Shown here piece by piece: positions 33,702 to 43,699 of a stretch of 64,000 bases of DNA. Both the position numbers and the translations under genes were made by a program. This DNA comes from Coniocarpon cinnabarinum. Lineage: Eukaryota. The stretch's first letter is position 1. Each line of letters starts with the position of its first letter. The stretch lies in assembly GCA_051942205.1 (NCBI GenBank), contig JAVECO010000035.1, positions 62,001-126,000 on the forward strand. Direction: 5' to 3'. The notes under the pieces are model-generated. The model saw nothing but the letters and a program-made list of their open reading frames with translations. It did no database searches and was not told the DNA's origin.

Positions 33702-36700
33702 ATGGTGTTCAAACCTCTCCACCTCGCACGCCAAAGCTTCTTCAAGACTTTCACGCACGGTTACGCGCAATCCTTAGTCGCCGCGTCCCAATCCTCATCG
33801 GCGTCACAAAACACCTCCTTTCAGACAGTCGGTTCAAACGTTGCATCGCTCCTCTCCAGAGGTTCGCTTGCTCAACAGCAAAATGCCTTTCAATCTTCAG
33901 CAACTTCGTCCGGCGCGTCGGCCAAGGTCACTTCTCAAGACGCCGGCGGTACCGAAAGTGGTCTAGCAGCTTACTACGCAGCATGGCAGAAGCATCGCAA
34001 AACAGAAGAAAAAGACCTCCATCCATTTCAATTTGCCAAAAGAGTTGGATGGAAGGCCCCCACAACCATTCCCGATGGTCCTGCACGCACTCGAGAAGCT
34101 TCGCAGCGGCCGGCGGCCACTGGAGAGAATCGTCGAGCTACCCTAACGCGTTCGCAAACCACCACCGCACTCGACCAGCTCAAAGCCTCCACTGAATTAA
34201 ACCCAGCATCAACGTCAGATGAGCTACGCCCCTCGCTGGAGCAGTCATCGGGGTCTGTTGCAGAGCCTCTTGTTTGGTCGGACGTTGTGGATGAGGACAA
34301 TGTACCTACGCCCAAAGCCTCGGACTCTTTTGTTTCCACTGCTTCGCTAGAATCCAGCTCTACGACTGCTTCAACAAAGCCGTCCTCCGTGACATCCAGT
34401 CACTCGTACACGGAACACTTACAAGTCCTAGCAGAAACCCAACAGTATGCAGACATACCTGCTGTGTTTGAGTCGATGCTGGCTGCAGGTGTCACACCTT
34501 CCGCTTCCGCATACAACGCCCTTCTCTTGGCTGCAATCAACCTTCCACGTGGCAAGCATCTGGTGGTTTCGAAGGTTCTCGATGTGTATGCGGATATGCT
34601 TCGCCGTCACGTAGTTCCAGACACGTCAACATACGCGATCTTGATCGAACTATTGGCGGCACGCGCCATGGACGTCCACGCTATGAAGCATGAGCTTTCA
34701 ATCAAGTCGGCTAGATATGGCAGCAGCAACTCTCAAGGCTTCCTTCTCAAATCAGATGAGACTGAAGCGCAGATTCTAGAGGAAGATGATGCCCTCAACG
34801 TTGCCATTAAGCTCTTCGACACGTCTGCAGCGGTATCCTCAAGTCACATTTTTGCGCCAGAGACCTATCGACTCCTTATTTCGGCATGTGCAGAGACTGG
34901 GAGAATCGGTGACATGGTCAGAGCATATGCAAGCCTGGAATCTCATGGTGTGACAGCACCATCTGCAGTTTTTCCTCAGATGATCAATGCGTTTGCCTCC
35001 ACTGGCGACCTTCGCAGCGCAGTGGAATGTTACGACGTCTACAAGGCCTTGGCCATTTCCAATAACGATGGTCACAACTCGATTGTCCGAAAAGATGAAG
35101 AAGTCTACGCTGCAGTCATCCGTGCGTATGCTCTATGTGGCCGTATCGACGGCGGACTTCAATTTCTGGACAAGATATGTGCACATATTAGTGAAGAGGC
35201 AACCACGACTACTCTTCGAGACTTTGTGTTCACACAGAGTGTCTATCCGGTGTGGAATCAAAACAGTGCGCATGCCAAAGTTCTCGCCCATGCTGCAAGC
35301 CATCTGACTCCTGTTGCGAGCGCTGAGGCATTTGCTGCTGTTTGTGCTGATGCAGCGGATAAAAACCTTGCTGACACGGCCAACGCCGCCTTTAGCTCCT
35401 TGCTGCAAACAAATCATGATGTTGATCATTCCGAGGCTGAGATGGCTTTGCTCGCCATGCACTTGCGTCGCGGCGATCTGGACGCTGCGCGACTCGCTTG
35501 GGAATCTCTCAAACAGTCGGCGCCCTCTCCAAGTCTTGTGGAAGCGACAACGAGCTTTGCTCTAGCAATTGCGAGAAATGGTATGACAGAAGATGCCATC
35601 GCAGAGGCAGGTGCTATGTTCGCCCGTATCAGAGATGCGCAACCGTCATTGGCTGTGACCGACCGTCTGGACGAGGCCATTGAGATCCTAGCGAGTGGCA
35701 TTCTGTCTCAATGTATACCTTCTGGCTCTACCAGTATGCATCTGCTACGTATGATGGCGCAGAATGGCCGTGCCGTCACTCCAATCACTGAGCATGTTCT
35801 TGCCAGCATGGGCCCCGAACAAGTCGCCAGCCTATCCGTGGATGACATCAAGCTCTTGGCTCAAGTCGAGGCGGGTTTCATCAATGGTGCGGCTGCTCTT
35901 GACGTTGCTCACAGCGCCCGGTTTAGCCATGTGGCGGAGATCATCACTGCTAATGGTGCCACGTTTGAGCTTAGCTCAAGTAAGATGATTGAGGCTGCCT
36001 TGCTGAAGACAAATCGACCCGATCTTCTCAATCGCTGGCAGTCTTTGCAGTCCCCTTCATCGTCGATCCTTGTGCCAATCCAATTCCCGCCTTCTCCGGC
36101 CTACACTGACCCCTCAGTCAACGTGCAAGAGGATTTCGACCCTCATGCGGCGTCAACGGATTTCAAGGGCTCCAATTTCATTGCTGACGAGTTGGAAAAG
36201 CCTCACGGATCGCATGTGCGACATTTGCAAGAGGCACTCTTTCGATTCCGAAATATGCGCCGTCTTGGTCGACACCCACGCTACGCTACCTATGCAAAGC
36301 TCATCTCCGCTGCAGCAAAGGAGAATCAGTTGTCTACTGCTGAGGATGTTTTGGCAATGGCTAGACAGGATGTGCCCTTGCTTCCACATAGTACGACCGT
36401 CCGCAACGGCTGGATTCTAATGCTTGATGCAATGGTCGCAGCATCGTTGAACACTGGTCATCGTGATGCCGCTGCTCGTCACCATCACGAACTCCTCAGT
36501 ATGGGCGCTGCTCCCAGCGCGAACACGTTCGGTCTTTACATTACTACCCTGAAAGAAGGTACCAAGACCTTCGACGAGGCCACAGAAGCTGTGAAAATTT
36601 TTCATCAGGCCAAGACGGAAGGTGTAGAGCCAACCTCATTCCTGTACAACGCGCTCATTGGCAAACTTGGAAAGGCTCGACGGATTGATGATACCCTCTT

Positions 36701-37553
36701 CTACTTTGCAGAGATGCGTGCTCACGGTATTCGCCCAACGTCAGTCACATACGGTACAGTTGTCAACGCGTTGTGCCGTGTGTCCGATGACAAATTTGCG
36801 GAACAGCTCTTTGAGGAGATGGAGTCGTGCACCAACTATAAGCCCCGACCAGCGCCATACAACAGTTTGATGCAATCCTTCTTGACCACGAAGCGTGACC
36901 GCAGCAAGGTTTTGGCCTACTTCGAGCGCATGCGTGCTAACCATATCCAGCCGACTATGCACACATACAAGCTGCTCATCGACACCTACGCGACGCTCAC
37001 TCCAGTCGATCTTTCTGCAGCCGCCGGTATCATTGACGAGATCAAGGCCAAGGGCTTCCGCCCTGAAGCTGTCCACTACGCTGCATTGATCCATGCAAAA
37101 GGCTGTGTGATGAACGACATGTCCGCTGCTCGTGCGCTATTTGACACCGTCATCTCAGACAGCACCATCAAGCCACAGCCCTGTCTCTATCAAGCACTCT
37201 TTGAAGGCTACGTTGCAAATCACGACGTGGCCTCCACTGAGCCGCTGTTGCCGTCAATGCGAGAGAAGAGCGTGCAGCTTACCCCGTACATTGCCAACAC
37301 CCTTATTCACGGCTGGGCGACTGCCGGCGACATCGCCAAAGCACGCAGTGTCTACGATAAATTGGGTCGTGAAGGCCGTGAGCCAAGCACGTACGAGGCC
37401 ATGACACGAGCCTGGCTGAGCGCCAGTGAATCCGGCGAAGCTCGCAAAGTCGTCGGTGAAGCTCTAAGACGCGGCTACCCGACCGCTGTGGCCGGCCGCA
37501 TTGCCGAGCTAGTTGCACCGCAGGCGGAGATCAAAATGGCAGCTGCGTTGTGA
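33702..37553 (+). CDS. Mitochondrial pentatricopeptide-repeat protein (Ppr5-like)
   Basis: 1283-aa intronless ORF with many PPR motifs (PSASAYNALL, PTSFLYNALIGKLGKARR, PTSVTYGTVVNALCR, PTMHTYKLLI) and a basic N-terminus. Confidence 0.9.
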   Translation: MVFKPLHLARQSFFKTFTHGYAQSLVAASQSSSASQNTSFQTVGSNVASLLSRGSLAQQQNAFQSSATSSGASAKVTSQDAGGTESGLAAYYAAWQKHRKTEEKDLHPFQFAKRVGWKAPTTIPDGPARTREASQRPAATGENRRATLTRSQTTTALDQLKASTELNPASTSDELRPSLEQSSGSVAEPLVWSDVVDEDNVPTPKASDSFVSTASLESSSTTASTKPSSVTSSHSYTEHLQVLAETQQYADIPAVFESMLAAGVTPSASAYNALLLAAINLPRGKHLVVSKVLDVYADMLRRHVVPDTSTYAILIELLAARAMDVHAMKHELSIKSARYGSSNSQGFLLKSDETEAQILEEDDALNVAIKLFDTSAAVSSSHIFAPETYRLLISACAETGRIGDMVRAYASLESHGVTAPSAVFPQMINAFASTGDLRSAVECYDVYKALAISNNDGHNSIVRKDEEVYAAVIRAYALCGRIDGGLQFLDKICAHISEEATTTTLRDFVFTQSVYPVWNQNSAHAKVLAHAASHLTPVASAEAFAAVCADAADKNLADTANAAFSSLLQTNHDVDHSEAEMALLAMHLRRGDLDAARLAWESLKQSAPSPSLVEATTSFALAIARNGMTEDAIAEAGAMFARIRDAQPSLAVTDRLDEAIEILASGILSQCIPSGSTSMHLLRMMAQNGRAVTPITEHVLASMGPEQVASLSVDDIKLLAQVEAGFINGAAALDVAHSARFSHVAEIITANGATFELSSSKMIEAALLKTNRPDLLNRWQSLQSPSSSILVPIQFPPSPAYTDPSVNVQEDFDPHAASTDFKGSNFIADELEKPHGSHVRHLQEALFRFRNMRRLGRHPRYATYAKLISAAAKENQLSTAEDVLAMARQDVPLLPHSTTVRNGWILMLDAMVAASLNTGHRDAAARHHHELLSMGAAPSANTFGLYITTLKEGTKTFDEATEAVKIFHQAKTEGVEPTSFLYNALIGKLGKARRIDDTLFYFAEMRAHGIRPTSVTYGTVVNALCRVSDDKFAEQLFEEMESCTNYKPRPAPYNSLMQSFLTTKRDRSKVLAYFERMRANHIQPTMHTYKLLIDTYATLTPVDLSAAAGIIDEIKAKGFRPEAVHYAALIHAKGCVMNDMSAARALFDTVISDSTIKPQPCLYQALFEGYVANHDVASTEPLLPSMREKSVQLTPYIANTLIHGWATAGDIAKARSVYDKLGREGREPSTYEAMTRAWLSASESGEARKVVGEALRRGYPTAVAGRIAELVAPQAEIKMAAAL

Positions 37554-38629
37554 CGGTAGAGACGTGGGATGTGAGAGACGTTGAGATGATACCCATGATA
37601 CGATTTTTGTTTTGAACGCATGGCGAGGCGTTTTGATTTCTACTTGCATGGCATGGCTTGGACTTGGGACGGGAACGGGAACACATGGAATAGACTACTC
37701 CACTCAGCTTGCTGCTGCATTTACAGTGGCTTATGTAATGCACAGGGTCGCGCAGGTGAGACGTTGCTGCGACCTTGGCGCCTCTCCGATCTAGAGCAAT
37801 AGCTAGAAGCTATCTAGTGTACAATATAGAATACAAAGGATTGGAAACTTATTATTACACTTTACTGTTCGGTGCCCTGGTCATATAAGTCACGGCGCAG
37901 TGAAGACGTAATTCTAAACGCATTCTACACACGGATTCCTGGAATCTTGTAAGTCAGATTGTTCGAGCAGGAACTAAATGAGAAGCTTTTCGAGAAATTT
38001 TCTCCAATGTCTAAAGTTTCAAGAAGGAGAAAGAATTCAAGAAAACAGTGTTATGTATGTGCTGTAGCACCTGCGCCGCCACTGCGCTTTAGTATATTCC
38101 CTTTGTCTGGTATTCTATGATTGCGCACTACTCCACTATGTAAAGTATTACCGTGCGGATTTGCGGTGGTGCCGGCGTTCCCGAACTCTGCAAGACTCGG
38201 GTTTCACATTTGGGATTCGTTCTCTCTCTCGGGGAAGCCAACGAAGGAATAAGCTTACGGCAAGGGTCTTGTAGAACAGTACTTGCGGTGTTGCAGTTCG
38301 ACGAATTATGAGGTGCAAAGTGTTTCTGCCGTCATAGTCCCGCCTTCTGTGACCCTAATTCCTCTGTTGTAAAGGCTTGCCAAAGCAGAAGACTTTATAG
38401 AGCAAAGACTACCTTCGTCAAGCATAATCCTCTCTGCGATTTGTTAAAGCAGTCTAGTAAAACGTCATTTATACAGTCGTAATCGCGCTATCAAGGAGCG
38501 ACGGTCCAGGCGAGTAACTCCCAGCCTAAACAATAACCTATATCTTCTGCTAAGCAAGAAGTCCATCATTTCCCACGAATTAAGACGAGACGATGAGGGG
38601 CTAATCCGGCTTATTTCGATCTTCCAGCA

Positions 38630-40525
38630 TCAATCGCTGCTGATAAGTGACACTGCTTCCAGGTTCGACCAAAGTTTGTGTAATGGCATGATGACTTTGT
38701 CGTAAAATTGTTGCCAAAGCTCCTCTTCGGCAAGTTGGCCTGCATGCATCGAAAGTGCTATGCATTCGGCAGTCGCGCGGTAATACGAAGTTCCCATTGT
38801 TAATTGCACATCATTCAGCCACTGTCGAGCAGCACCAAATATAACCCACTCATTTTCAAGGTTGCACATGGCCTGCGTATCAAAGAACCTTTGCTCTCCC
38901 ATGGACGTCGCGAAGCAGACCTCCTCGAGCGTCACACATAGCCATGTGAGGGCCGTGCTGAGCGATTCAACGTGCGTAGCTTGCTCCATTGGAAACCTGT
39001 GAGCAAATTCGAGCGACTCAGGTCTCATCATGTTGAGCGAAGTTCTGCTCTCGATACTGTCCCGCTCCCAGCATTCTGGCAGTATGATTGTTCCATGGCG
39101 CCAGGATTCACACCATGATGTTGTAGCGATCTTTGTGAAGATACTGACGAGTGCCAGTGCCAGTCGAGACTTTAGCGGCGCTTGCGATTGCCGGAGCAGA
39201 TTCGGTTGCCCTGTGATTGTTGGCTCGAGAAGCTCACAGAGCAGGCAATCTTTGATAGACTGAACTTCTGACGAGCATCTTTCATGTCTGAAAGAGAGTT
39301 TGACAGTCTCGGGCTGTGTGCCGAAGATTGATTGCTCGTTCAGGTTCTCGGATGCCGTTGCGGTCACCGGAGAATTTCTTTGGCCTGTAGCGGTGCTGTG
39401 TCAGCCCTGAGAAGAACGATAAAACTTTTCTTGGCTTTAAAGCAAGGGCGCCAGCACACCAGACTATTTTCGCGGCTTTGAGATGGTGCGTCCCGTTTTC
39501 GAGAAGAATGTTGCACCTACAATACGCAGGCGCTTGCCCTAGCCATGTTCGTATCAAGAACTCGGACCCATTATCCAGATCAAAAGCATCAGGGTTCTCA
39601 GACATTTCAGATCGATTCGGTGAGGAGTCGAAACTTGAGAATATCATCCGATGCACTTGAGGCCTTTCGCCCATAGCTTTGATTACAAAGCGATGCCCCT
39701 CTGCTGAAGTCTTCGATTCCAAAGAATCTTCTGAATGCATACACGGCTGCAGGACCACTTGTAGGCAATTGCTGGCAGCGCTCGATCGATTGAAGAATAA
39801 GAATCTAGCAAAATTCACTCAGTTGGTCGCAGCTCGTGGATTGGGAAGTGAAACACGTACCGGTAAAGAAGGCGCATGTCGTTCCTCATTTTCAGAATGT
39901 CAGCCCCCTTCTTCGACATCAGGTGGGACATCTCGAGATCTCTGATCTGTGCAGCGCCGTTGAGCAGAGTTTCCAGACCCTCGTTGTGGGCTTTGATTTC
40001 ACTTATCGAATTCCGCAGCTCTGTTCGTGCCCATGCAAACTTTACCTTGTCCCAATTCTTGATAGAATGTTGGAGAGCTCCATCTGCAGGCTCCCCGATG
40101 GACAAATGGCTCGTTGGCGATGGTGCTTGGCCTCGGTCGAAGTTGAGTTGTTTTCGTAGCTTTCTTAACTGCTCGATGATGAGGTTTGAGACATGGATGT
40201 AAGTACTGTATGAATCTTTAAACAACGCTCTCGAGCGCTCGTTGAATTCGGCCTTAATGGACTCCTGTATAGGAATTTGGTCTTCAACATGCCTAAATAT
40301 CTGCTCAGTCTTCTCCTGCATGCCAAGTTTGTAGCAAAATAGGACTAGATGAGACTTGTAACGCGTTTTTTGGATGTCGAGCTCATCTTGCAATCGTCCG
40401 AATGTTCGTTTGAACCTCCAGAGCTCTGAGACCGATTTGAAACCTTTTCGCGTCGTGCGCGAGGCAGCAACAACGACAGGGAAGGCACTTAACGCAAGGC
40501 CTGCGACTTCTAGGCCAGTTGCCAT
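38630..40525 (-). CDS. HeLo-like N-terminal domain plus C-terminal degenerate kinase-like (DUF7580-like) domain; the second junction near 39390-39530 is an unresolved intron or frameshift
   Basis: MATGLEVAGLALSAFPVVV hydrophobic N-terminal helix, WDKVKFAW..ELRNSISEIKAHNEGLETL; intron 39805-39860; C-terminal RLALALVS..TSWCESW, LTWLCVTLEEVCF, MGTSYYRATAECI and QQFYDKVIMPL. Confidence 0.65.
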
Positions 40526-41235
40526 AAGAACCCACAAGAGAAGGAGCCAGCACTATCACGTGCTCTCACGTGCTCAGGAAAATCCTACGGCGCTTTCTTG
40601 GATGGTGCTTGCCTTTGACTCGCCAAGTGTATATCAGCGCCAATTATAGTCCGGCAAGGCAGCGAGCGTAGTGGAAAAGTACGTACTCACAATCCCTGTC
40701 GCTGTTACTAAATATACATTCTATAGCTTGCCAGTCTGATTGTCATATCTACATTCTCTTACTCCTCTGACACAACGATAAAGATGTTCTCGAAGCACTG
40801 TGTTCAACTTCTCCAAAATGCTATTCAGCATAGAAGACGGCAAGAGTGACGGACAAAGGTCGTTGCCGAACCTCAGTCTGAGGGACGAGCCTATACGGTG
40901 GGAACAATTCAGGCCCCAAAGCACGAAGTACAGCGGCGAAAGTGCTTTGCAACTCATCAGACACTGAATTATAGTGAGGGCAAATACTTTCCCACGGAGC
41001 TTTTGCCGTCGTAATCAAGGTCCGAATAAGGGCGTGAGCCTTGATTGGATCAGGGTCGTCCATGAAGCATGGAAGAACAAGGTATGGTACCAGAAGGCGT
41101 GGCGCAACGGCTGCAGCGCAAACACTGCTGTGTTTTCTTACAATTACAAGACTTTTGTCAAGAATTTGCATTTTAGAGTCGGTTTCTTAGGTGGACGGTA
41201 TGCTCCCACGTAAACAATCTGACTGTAGAACAGAG

Positions 41236-42662
41236 ATGCATGGCGGACGCGACCCAGACTGGAAAGAGAATGCAGAAAGTACACCTCCAGCTATTTCGGA
41301 CTTGATAGGAAGAGTTCGCCGCGACTTTGATATCAGCGAAAAGCGTATGGCGGGCTGTGGCGTTGTCTCATTAGAGCATATACAGCAAGTGAGAGACCAG
41401 CGCGATCGCTTCTTAGTGTGGACTGCTGAAACGGAGCTGTACAAGAATGAACGTGAGAACAATGCGCAATCAACACTGACTAAATTCTCGTTCGTTTATG
41501 AGCAGGTCGCGACTATGCTGAAGAACCTCGAGGAAATGCTGAGGGAGCTTGCCGACTCGTTACAGCGTAGCACAATTGTAGCTGGACCTTTCAACACATT
41601 AGAAACACTGGAGGAAACATCCAAACAAGGCAAGTTCCGCTATCTTGCACTCTCGAACGCCTGGCTGATGTCATCGATCAGTTTCAGCTGTCTTAGATCA
41701 AGACAACATTGACGATGCTGTGAGCATTGTCGAGGGAAGCGTTTCTGGTCTTATGGATATCGCACCGCTCATCATGGATATCACTTTGGGCACTTATGGA
41801 CCTGGACTAGCAAGTCACCCAGCATCTACGGCTACTGAAGCAGTCTCAGAGCACCAGAACATTTCAGGGGATTTGACTTCCGAGCGGGAAAGCGTTTCGA
41901 GACCAGTAAGACGCTCTCCCAGTGTGAGACCATCAACGTTCGCCTCTGCCACAAGATTTCGCAATCCGGGATTGCAAATACAGACTCGAGATTTCGCAAC
42001 TGAAGGTGCTTCTCATCGCCAAAGTCAAAGGATACCCTCTCCTCCCAGCAGTGAAGGATGTGAGTCTGTGCACGAGGAGATTGACAACTGGACCGATGAG
42101 GAGGAGGACCAGCTGTTCAATCTACAAGCCCGGGGCATGACATGGGATCAAATTGCAGACAATATTCGAGGCCGAAGTGCAGCCTCGTGTCGTGCACGCT
42201 ACCACAACACTCCAAATTTCAGGGTTGCATGGGACGAGGATCAGAAGAACAAATTCGCCATGTTGTACAATAGGTCAGTCGCGACACTGGCCAAGCTGCA
42301 GTATGTCTTCTTACTGGGCACTCTGCTAAATGAATAACAGACTCAAAGGAGAAGTGTGGGAGAGACTCGCGAAGGAATTGCACATGCCTTGGCGTTCGGT
42401 GGAGGATATGCATTGGCAAATGGGGGCGGCCGAGCTGACGCAACGTGCGAGCTTCGCAGACGCCTTGACGCCATTGAAATTCGATTCACCGGGATTGAGA
42501 GCCGAGCTGGATCCCGTGGGAACGTCGCTCACTTCAGGTCTACTCTTCGAACGGGATCTGCTGGGCTCGGAACAGCATGCCTCTCCTCATGCGCCAGGTC
42601 ATTTCAAGTGCTTGTCACCTCCACGACACAAAATGAAGCCGATTGGCCGGTACTCAAGCTGA
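41236..42662 (+). CDS. Fusion of a fungal N-terminal helical domain and a Myb/SANT DNA-binding domain (GC-AG intron 41630-41681; GT-AG intron 42274-42340)
   Basis: QRDRFLVWTAE..VYEQVATMLKNLEEMLREL; Myb repeats NWTDEEEDQLFNLQARGMTWDQIA..GRSAASCRARYHN, WDEDQKNKFAMLYNRLKGEVWERLAKELHMPWRSVEDMHWQMG. Both introns restore the reading frame. Confidence 0.7.
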
Positions 42663-43699
42663 GATTATCCATCTACGCCTCACTGACGAAGTGTGCGAAA
42701 AGTATCGCCTCGTTCGACGGACCGATCACGAACCCATTCACGAGCATCATTAGCAGCAGTACAGCGACCTCCGACATCCCAAGAAATCATGCCGGAGACC
42801 CCTTCGCAAGCACAGTGGTCAGTCACTCCCACGAGAGGACTTTCTGCTGCTGCCGGTCCGCCATCATTGTGACGATGCTGACGAGCTCGCCGGCGTGTCT
42901 GCATGATGATTTTTCGAGCTTTGATCTCCGCTGCTAGAACCTCTCGCAGCTTAGTCGGCAATCTGCCAGACCTACGTCGCCTTGAGGAGTCGGAGGATAA
43001 GTAACGCCGCCGTCTCATTCTCCAACAGTCAGGTGGCGTTGATTTTTCCAAATTTGTCACAGGCCAGGCTTGCATCTAGGTAACCGATTGTATGATGGAG
43101 GTCTATGCTCACTATACGCGCACTCATGCGCGTCAGATTGCGCCATGTCATGTGTGACGCTCGTATTCACGGCTCAGCTGTCAACCCCGCTCACAACAGG
43201 TTTCAGAGGGTTGATGAAAATGCAAGTAGTCTAGTAGGGACTTGAAAGGAGTCGCTGTCTCGGACGTGGCTTCGCTGGACCGACGAATGTCACTAGTCCT
43301 CACTACTTGATCAACACCAATGAACAAAGTCTAGACACAAACAGCCTGAGCTTTCTGCTTCGTAAGAAGGTGAGTGGGATGGAGCGTCAAGCTGAAAATA
43401 AGAGGCGTTATCAGGAAGGGACTTATCGTGAGCTTGCGCCAACGACAAGCCTACTTTTTAGACCTTTCTTCCACAATCATCCCGGCAATATACTTCTGAG
43501 CTACCAGAGGTGCCACTCCTTCTAGTATCCTCTTCCATGTTGGGTCCGGGCTATGCTTGACCCGTGAATCGAGAGCGCAAGCTGCAGGCTCAAAGTATGA
43601 CTATTGTATAGCGCGCTTGCTGACGAACCCTTCGGGAGCTTAAAAAAGGTAATTGTGCATGACACGCTAGAGGCGTAATCTTGAAAACCAGGAATCCGC

